Shown: one piece after another, positions 56,040 to 64,000 of the stretch
Position numbering within the stretch: position 1 is the stretch's first letter
Layout: every line of letters starts with the position of its first letter
DNA from: the human T2T-CHM13v2.0 reference genome, Homo sapiens
Strand: one strand, 5' to 3'
Assembly (NCBI RefSeq): GCF_009914755.1
Contig: NC_060926.1
Length of the DNA stretch: 64,000 nt
The notes under the pieces: model-generated
Told to the model about the DNA's origin: nothing
What the model saw: the letters and a program-made list of their open reading frames with translations, nothing else
Databases searched by the model: none
Program-made: the position numbers and the translations under genes

Positions 56040-57949
56040 GGCAATAGTGGGCTTCTTATTGAAGAAATCCTTCTTAGAAGACTGTCCTGGCATCCTGTTA
56101 TATTTGAACATATGCCTGGTATCTGGAAGCAAAACTGTGCTTAAAGTTTTTTTTCATCCCAGTAGAGAATCAAATATGATCCTCACCGTCAACAAATGCA
56201 TAGGTCTATCTGTTCTTACCTTTTGTAGGTAAAATCTTCAGAAATCCAGGTGTGTATGAATTATCAGTCTTACAATTGGGGAAGTTATATTTGTTATTCC
56301 TTGGAAGTAAATATTGAGATATGACTTGCTTGCTTGTCTTTTGTAAATGTTTTCAAACCTCAATTCTATTTTATTTTATCAGCAAGAATTATAACTGTCT
56401 CATCATTGAAATTAGATAAACACGGCAGGTAAATCACTAAAAGCTATAGGCAGCTATTAATAAGATACTTGAATCAGCAACTCTCCTAGATTATTTCAGC
56501 GTTCTTCCCAGGACTACTTCATATTTAATAAGACACCTTCCTCAACGTACTGACTTTTTCTGAGCTTCACACTTTCCAAGTCATCTTCTTTTTCACATTA
56601 GGAGCAGGGAGGGATATATATCTCATGTCTCCTTGTCTTCTTCTTTCCTTTTCTTTTTCTTTTTTTTTTTTTTTTTGGCCAATAAAAAGCAATGTCTCCA
56701 AGTTGAGAACAACTACTTTTCTAAGCTGTAATTTTGTATCTTGTTACAAATCCAAATTCTAAGCCTATTTCAAAGTCTTGCTCTAAAGCTTTAATCTTTT
56801 CCAAACATAAGGCTATTGCTTACAATGAATTTAACATGTTAACGTCTCTGCAGCATCACTGGCTGTAGACATCAGCACAGCATGCATCCATCTAAATAAT
56901 TTAATTTAATAAAGCATTGGGCAAAACCCCACGTTCCAAAATGTCAGTCCCACCCCATGTAATTTCAATCATTGTATACTCATTCATTTGTATTTAAAGC
57001 TTTGTCTTCTTTAAGCTTAATATAAAAATTCACTTACTTCCGGAAGGAATTAATCCTTGTCAATAAACACCTGGGTTAACAGTTAGGGACATATTTAACA
57101 GTTCCCCGAGAGCACAGGTTTATAGGAATAAGACATGGAGAGAAAGAGGTTACAAGACAGAGAAAATTTCTACATCCATGCCTAGGGAAATTTTTTAGGC
57201 AGCTCAATTCCTCTTTATCCCACAGAAGTCACTTAAAAAGATGAGCCAATTTCTTCTAACACATAACTTCTTACAGGATCTTCCCCTCTTAACTCTAATA
57301 TAATATCCTAAATTATCTCATGGCACATTAGCAAACATGCTCCAATCAGAAAACAGTTCTGAAATTTCTTATATGAGATTTTCATGATGCCACAGGTATG
57401 GAACTCTGCGGCCCAAACTACATCTTTCTGCACATATTCTCTATCACCAGAAAATGTATGCCATAAGTATACTCTAAGATCTTTAGGTTCAGCACTATAA
57501 AATCTTTTGAATGTATTGGACAGCACAAAATACTGAAAGGGAATTTAAGGGATATGAACTGGTAGTTTAAAAATATTTTCAACTACAATTTGGTGTTTAG
57601 GGAAGATTAGAACAAAGCTTGGTACTAAATTTCCAAATAAGCTTAGGATTTGGATTTCATACTAGAGACAGAAGTTCTCATCTCAGCCCAGGAGACTGGG
57701 AATAAAAACATTACTAAGATTGGAAGCAAATCTTTTTGTAAGATTACAAATATGGGTGTAAAAAGGCAAATTCTTCTTTTAAAGATTGGAGCTTTATATT
57801 GTTGCTTAAGACAATTGAGACAATATAAGAAAGGATTGTAAAATGTTCTAAGAGAAGGGCTATGTGTTCACTCATGGACTGAATCAGCAAGTGTTTCTGC
57901 AGAGTTCACTGGGACACTTCATACTTCAAAGATTAATTGAGTTCTTGCT

Positions 57950-58215
57950 TCCCAGAATTCTCTACTCTTTCCTCTCCCTTTTCAAATGCTCTCTTTCAAA
58001 GCTCAACTGAAATTCTCTCTTCAGAATTAAGTCTTCTCTGAGCATTCCAGCCCATCCAGATAGGCCTCTCCCTTCAACTCAGACACTGTTTTGGCAGATT
58101 CTACTATAAATTATTTCATAAGTGTGGATATTTTCTTTAAGAATAAAGGTGCCTTGCGGTTAGGAACTGGATGTTGTATGTGTGTGTGTGTTGTATTTTA
58201 CCCACCATATATATT
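57950..58215 (+). mobile_element. L2 fragment
   Basis: ctttcaaagctcaactgaaat...gccttgcggttaggaactg. Confidence 0.5.
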
Positions 58216-58228
58216 TGTGCTATGAAGT

Positions 58229-58925
58229 TATAACCACCTAACAGGTTCTTCCTGCCTACTGCACAAACATAATAAATTCACAAAGGCCATGGCATTGCAG
58301 TAAAGAAAGAGTTTCATTGATGGAGGTTGGCCATACCACGTGGGAAACGGAATTATTATTCAAATCAATATCAAAGGCTCTGAGGTTAGGGGTTTTTCAA
58401 AGGTAGCTTGAGGGGTAGGGGGATAGGGTATGGGGAGTGCTGATTGCTTGGATGAGAGATGAAATCATAGGGAGTTGAAGCTGTCCTCTTACACTGAGTC
58501 AATCCTGCATGGGTCCATGGGAGCGGTTGTGGATCACTGATAATCAGAGCAAAAAACCTGAGAAGATATCTCAAAAGGCCGATCTTGGGTTCTACAATGG
58601 TGATGTTATCTGCAGGAATCACTGGGGAAGTTGCATATCTTGTGACCTATGGAAAAATGTCTGGCAACCTTTTATGTCTACACCTTAACAGAATTCCTCT
58701 ACTCCTCCCAGCCTGGTGGTCTCTCATTAGCTTTACAAAAGTGGTTGGTTGAGTTTTGGGGAAGAGCTATTATCACTTAAACTATAAACTAAATGTCTCC
58801 CAAAGTAGCTTGACCTAAGCCCAGTAATAATTAAGGAAAGATAAAGGCAAGACAGGGATTAGTTAAATCAAATCCTTTCACGCTATAATTTTCTCACTGT
58901 TATAATTTTTGCAAAGGTGGTTTCA
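58229..58925 (-). mobile_element. LTR8-family ERV1 solo LTR
   Basis: Ends tttttgcaaaggtggtttca (reverse of tgaaaccacctttgcaaaa); exact 4-bp TSD AAGT at 58225-58228 and 58926-58929. Confidence 0.88.
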
Positions 58926-59489
58926 AAGTCTTTCCTGACCAAGGCTTCAGATGGTGTGAGTATAAGCCCCATCACTGCCAAATAGCACCTGTTTGACCTT
59001 TGACTAGCCACTTAGACTCTCAGCATCAGTATCTTTATCCAGAGAATGGAGACAGAAGACTTTCTCTCTGCCGTCATCTGCATGTTGTGAAGATTAAAGA
59101 AGGCACTGTGAATGAAACTGCATCATCAGTTATAAATAGTTTCCATGATGTGAGGTTCTGCTAGCACATTTGGTACTCAAATTTACTGACTGAAGGAATA
59201 ATGGATAAATCTAAATGCTCCCTAGAGTTATACAGTATTATAAAGTATATAGTCACATTGAACAGGTTATGTTGAACAAGATTATTAATATACACAGGTT
59301 ATCAATGAGATGATTTATTAGCACATAGGTCATTAATGGCACAATTAGCACAATTAGGCATACCATCCTAGGCAAGATAATTGGATGCTCTCCTTTGAAT
59401 CTGCTGAAGCTCTCACTCCTTTTGGAGCAGGAAGGTAAACTAAGATATACTGGTACTTATGCAGAAAAAGCATCATGCCATTATAGAAA

Positions 59490-59625
59490 CACTCTATGAA
59501 TTAATGTCTAGACCCAGACTCACTTCATATTTCTTGCTCCATTCTTACTTGTTTGTGTTACTTACTAGCTTTGTGACCTTAGGCAATTTATTTTATCCAT
59601 CACAGACTCAGTTTCTTATTTCAAA
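59490..59625 (+). mobile_element. MIR
   Basis: acttactagctttgtgaccttaggcaattt...ctcagtttctt. Confidence 0.7.
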
Positions 59626-59749
59626 GAATAATTTTCAAAAAATATGTTATGCAAATACAAAAATTATTTAACTCATAAATGAGACTATCAGTAAGTATCA
59701 GTAAGATGGTAATGCTAGTTCGAAGAGCACTGGAAAACTAGTTATATAT

Positions 59750-59975
59750 AAAAATTAAGAATAATGAAGTTAGTTAATAATAGTGTATCAATATTGACTC
59801 ATTGATTGTAAAAGAAATTACTACACTAATGCAAAGTGTTAGTTATTAGAGAAACTGGAGTGGATGCTGTTTATAGGAGGAGAAGATGAGAAGGTATAGG
59901 GAAACTCTGTATTTTCCACAAATTCTTTCCATAAAGCCAAAACTGCTCAAAATAGTGTATTTAAAAAATAAAAAT
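59750..59975 (+). mobile_element. L1MC-type 3' end
   Basis: ttagttaataatagtgtatcaatattg...tacactaatgcaa...gaaactctgtattttc...aaaactgctc, A-rich tail. Confidence 0.75.
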
Positions 59976-60929
59976 AATATGGTTTAAATAAAATTTTGAG
60001 TTTAGATATAAAATTTATTAATGTTCAACAGAGCAATAAATCCATATCTTTGGGGTTTTCTAGTAAAAAGAAACCCTTTGCCTCTTTAACAGACAAAATG
60101 AACAAGTTAACATATAACTTCGTAGTGTGAGGACTTTAATAATAAATAGCGCAGTCAAAAACAGGTATATTCTCTTAGAAATAACCTTTAATGGCCTATT
60201 AAATAATGCCCCAGTATGACACTGGAAGGACATGACCCCACCCTTTGTCTTATTTTTCAATTTTGAATAACTTTTTCTTAATTCTTTTGTTATTGTTGTT
60301 GTGATGATGATGATGTTTCCTCTGGGCTTTCTTATCTCCAGCATGTTGCAGCTTTCATCTTGAACTCTGACTTGACTTCTCATCTTTCTTCACACTCTTG
60401 GATGCTCCCCAGCCTAGTTATGAAACGGCCCTCACTTTGTTTTATCCTCTTGGCATTGGCCTCCCAAGAACCCTCCTCAGCTTCTGATTCCTCGCTGGCC
60501 TAGTGCTCAGCCTAAGATATGACTCTGGGTCCCTGGAAACTGCTGAGTCAAAAAAGTGACAAAAGACAGCAAGAGCCTAGAATACAAGGAAGTATAAAGA
60601 GCAACATCTACTATATTTACTAATTGCCCTGCTTCTGTAGTCTCCAGCATCTCTCCTTGCACAGAAAACCATCATGAAGCAGGGGCTCAATGTATAAACC
60701 AAATTTGGCTAGACCTGAGATCGGTTGGTCAATCATCTTACAAAAATATAATTGTGCAAAATCCTGTCTTAGGAAGAATCGACAAGAAACACAAAAATAA
60801 CATTGTACATATAATAAAAGGCAAAACAACCACACTAGAAATGGACTAAAGGCAGGCTAAACTGCCTGAATAAAAAGAGAAAATAACTGACTTCTGGGCT
60901 CTGTGGTACAGTTAACAAACCAGTAGAGG

Positions 60930-61135
60930 ATAGAAGTTAAAAGTGTAGCTTTGAAATCCAAAATAAGTTTATGTCTTGATTTGATCAATTATTAGATATT
61001 AAACTGCTTAATTTCTGTGCCTTAGTTTTCTCGTAAGTAAAATGGAGACAATAGTAGTACCTATCTCAAAGAGTTGTTTAGAGGATTAACTGTGTTAATA
61101 AAGTAAAGCCCTTGGTCTTTAATAAATATTTAAAC
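60930..61135 (+). mobile_element. MIR
   Basis: ctgtgccttagttttctcgtaagtaaaatggagacaatagtagtacctatctca. Confidence 0.75.
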
Positions 61136-62213
61136 TATGTCAATGGCGTTATCTTTGATCTTTATAAGCCGTTTCTCCTCCCTGAGCCTTAGACCTCTCA
61201 TCTATAGACCAAGTATAACAATATGGTCTTGACTGGAACCCAAGGAATGTGATACATTCCTCATAAGGTTCCAGTTTCAAGTGAAAATCTGGGGGCAGAA
61301 GTGGTGTCATTAAGTGTCTAAACTGATAAGTAACTTCAAGTAGCATTTTATTTTACATAAAGATGAATATCTTTTTGAGCTGATGCATGGAAATTTACAT
61401 TAATTTAAAAAAGGAAATGAGACACAATGGGATATTTAACAAGCAGTGCCCATTTAAGGCTATGCCATCCCTTCCTTATCCCCTCCACTTCCCTAAGGAG
61501 GGTAGGTTTCCTCTCTTTTACCCTTGGGAATCTTTGTGTATGAGAGTGTGAGCCACACTAATTTATTAAAAGCTACTAAGTACTTAGCAAATATAAAGTG
61601 TTCCTAGATGCAGTGTCATAAAACAAAGAATGAGATATGACTAAATATCACAGGTGAAGAATAAGTCCAAATTTTTCATTAAGTGATGAGAGATGTGAAA
61701 TGGTAGCAACTTTGGAGGCAGAGGGAGACAAAGGAACTTACGCGAGAGCTGAGATTTGAAGAAATATTGGGATAGGCTGTAAGAAAAAAAATTATCCAAA
61801 AAGGGCTAGTAAAAAATACCATTCATATCCTCCTGTGATAATTACTGGACCTCCAGGTGTAATAGAGCTAATGAACTGTTTGGACAAGTTAAACCATGAG
61901 TTTTTGGTTTTGTTTTATTTTCCTTCATATAGATGGCTAATACCTTGATGACCTGGTGAACTAACGACTGCTGATCTCAAACCATACACTGTAGGGTCAA
62001 GCACAGTATGATAAATAACTTGATTTGGTATCGGTTTATTTGTATTTAATTAGAAATTAGTATTGTCAAGCTCAGAAATGGGAATTTGATGGATATTTCT
62101 ATATAGTAGCAACTTTCCACTTCTTTGAAGTGGAAAGGAATGTGATGCAATCAGAATCTAAGAGGCATTAGTCAGGCTGTAGGATGTTAGGAGAACACTA
62201 AATCGAGTAGCTA

Positions 62214-62649
<436 letters not shown>

Positions 62650-62678
62650 TTATCTAGGAGTTACTATCCCTGCTAGAG

Positions 62679-62888
62679 CAGTGGCTCTAAACCAGGGGGA
62701 GTTTTGCCTCCCAAAGACATATTTGGAAATATCTGAATACAACTGGCACAACTAGAAGAGGGTGAGCTACTCACACCTAGTGTGTAGAGCCCAGGCATGC
62801 TGCTAAACATCCTACAACACACAGGGCAGCACTCCACAAAAATCTTATCCAGCCCCAAATGTCGATAATGTTGAAACTGACAAATGTA
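62679..62888. mobile_element. MER20 hAT-Charlie MITE
   Basis: cagtggctctaaaccaggggg...atgctgctaaacatcctacaa; 8-bp TSD TGCTAGAG on both sides. Confidence 0.9.
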
Positions 62889-63365
62889 TGCTAGAGGGAG
62901 CAGTCTTCCATGGTTTTCTTCTCCCTAGCCTTAGCTAGCACAGAACCAACAAAACAAAGTAAGTAGCTTACAACTTAGAGTAAAGGCTCAAATAAAAACA
63001 AAAGGGGGTACCATTCCCAGAATTTTTAAATTGGAAATCAGCGCTTCTCAGAATGTATTAAAAAGAAACAAAGTTTCTGCAGACTCTGGTAATAAAGGCT
63101 GCAAATAGATGTTGAGCACATGTAAGGGATAATTATAATTGTCTAAAAAGAATAAAGTACTTGTTATGTAAAAGTGACATCCCATGACAAACAAGTGTGA
63201 AGTAAGAACTACAGGAAAGATAAATCCGCAGAATTTAACAATGTAGGAAGAAGACACAAGACCAGCCAGATCATCATTAATTTTTTATGAGGAGGGAACT
63301 GAGAGTACATACTGCAGTTTGTTGTATTTTATGCTTATGTTCTCATAGACTTCCAAGGTTAGTAT

Positions 63366-63888
63366 TGTAGAAGATTAAAGATAGTTGCAAATTGTTTGAC
63401 TCTCCTTTGTTGAAGAGGTGGGCTCCATATCACCTTCACTTGAAATTGGGAGGCCTTTGTGATTGCTTAACCAGTAGAATAGAGTTTCTGGGCCCAGGCC
63501 TAATGAGACTTATAGCTTTCACTTGCTATCTTTTGGAGGACTCTTTCTGAGACCCCAGGATGTCTCTGAAAAAAATCTAATTTACTCTGAAAATTCCATG
63601 CTATAAAAGTCACATGTAGGTACTCTGGTCAATAGCACCAGATGAGTCCAACCTTCCATCCATCCCCACCAAAGTTGCAGACATGTAAGTAAAGCTGTCT
63701 TGGACATTCCAGACCATCCTATCTGCCCACTGATACACCACAGAGTGACCTCTGTAAACACCACATCAAAACAAATGGCCAGCTGAGTCCTGAATAAATT
63801 CCTGATTTAAAAAAGTGAGATATAATAAAATATTTGTTGTTTTAAGCCATTAAGTTTTGAGGTATTTATTATGTAGTAATACATACAC
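63366..63888 (+). mobile_element. MLT1G/H-type MaLR LTR
   Basis: gattaaagatagttgcaaattgtttgactctcc...ttttaagccattaagttttgagg. Confidence 0.8.
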
Positions 63889-64000
63889 AAAAAAATCCTG
63901 TTATTGTACTTATGAAATAGCATTTTAAAGAACTCCTCTCTAGGTATTGATATATATGTAGATATAAAAATTGAATGGTCTCTGCCTGACCATGACAGAT

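Overview
This is primate (human or great-ape-like) nuclear DNA. It is AT-rich, CpG-depleted and intergenic or intronic; AluY and L1PA3/4-type elements are present. I recognise no host protein-coding gene. The only ORFs with recognisable products are LINE-1 ORF1/ORF2 fragments; the rest of the ORF track looks like chance or repeat-derived ORFs. A large share of the window is interspersed repeats: Alu, L1, L2, MIR, MaLR/ERVL/ERV1 solo LTRs, and hAT/Tigger DNA transposons, many with readable target-site duplications (TSDs). Subfamily names come from recalled consensus features, not from a search. Most notable: (1) two short non-tandem direct duplications (142 bp at 45003/46771 and 53 bp at 18229/19890), each about 1.7 kb apart, that look like locally templated insertions; (2) a 4.5-kb twin-primed, 5'-inverted L1PA3-like element with exact TSD and junction; (3) a U7 snRNA retrocopy nested inside an L1 inside a MIR; (4) several CpG-retaining unique segments with motif clusters (an HRE/AP-1/CCAAT cluster at 34.4-34.8 kb) and candidate exon or recursive-splice signals. 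I do not find a convincing new multi-gene system; the regulatory and splicing calls are hypotheses.
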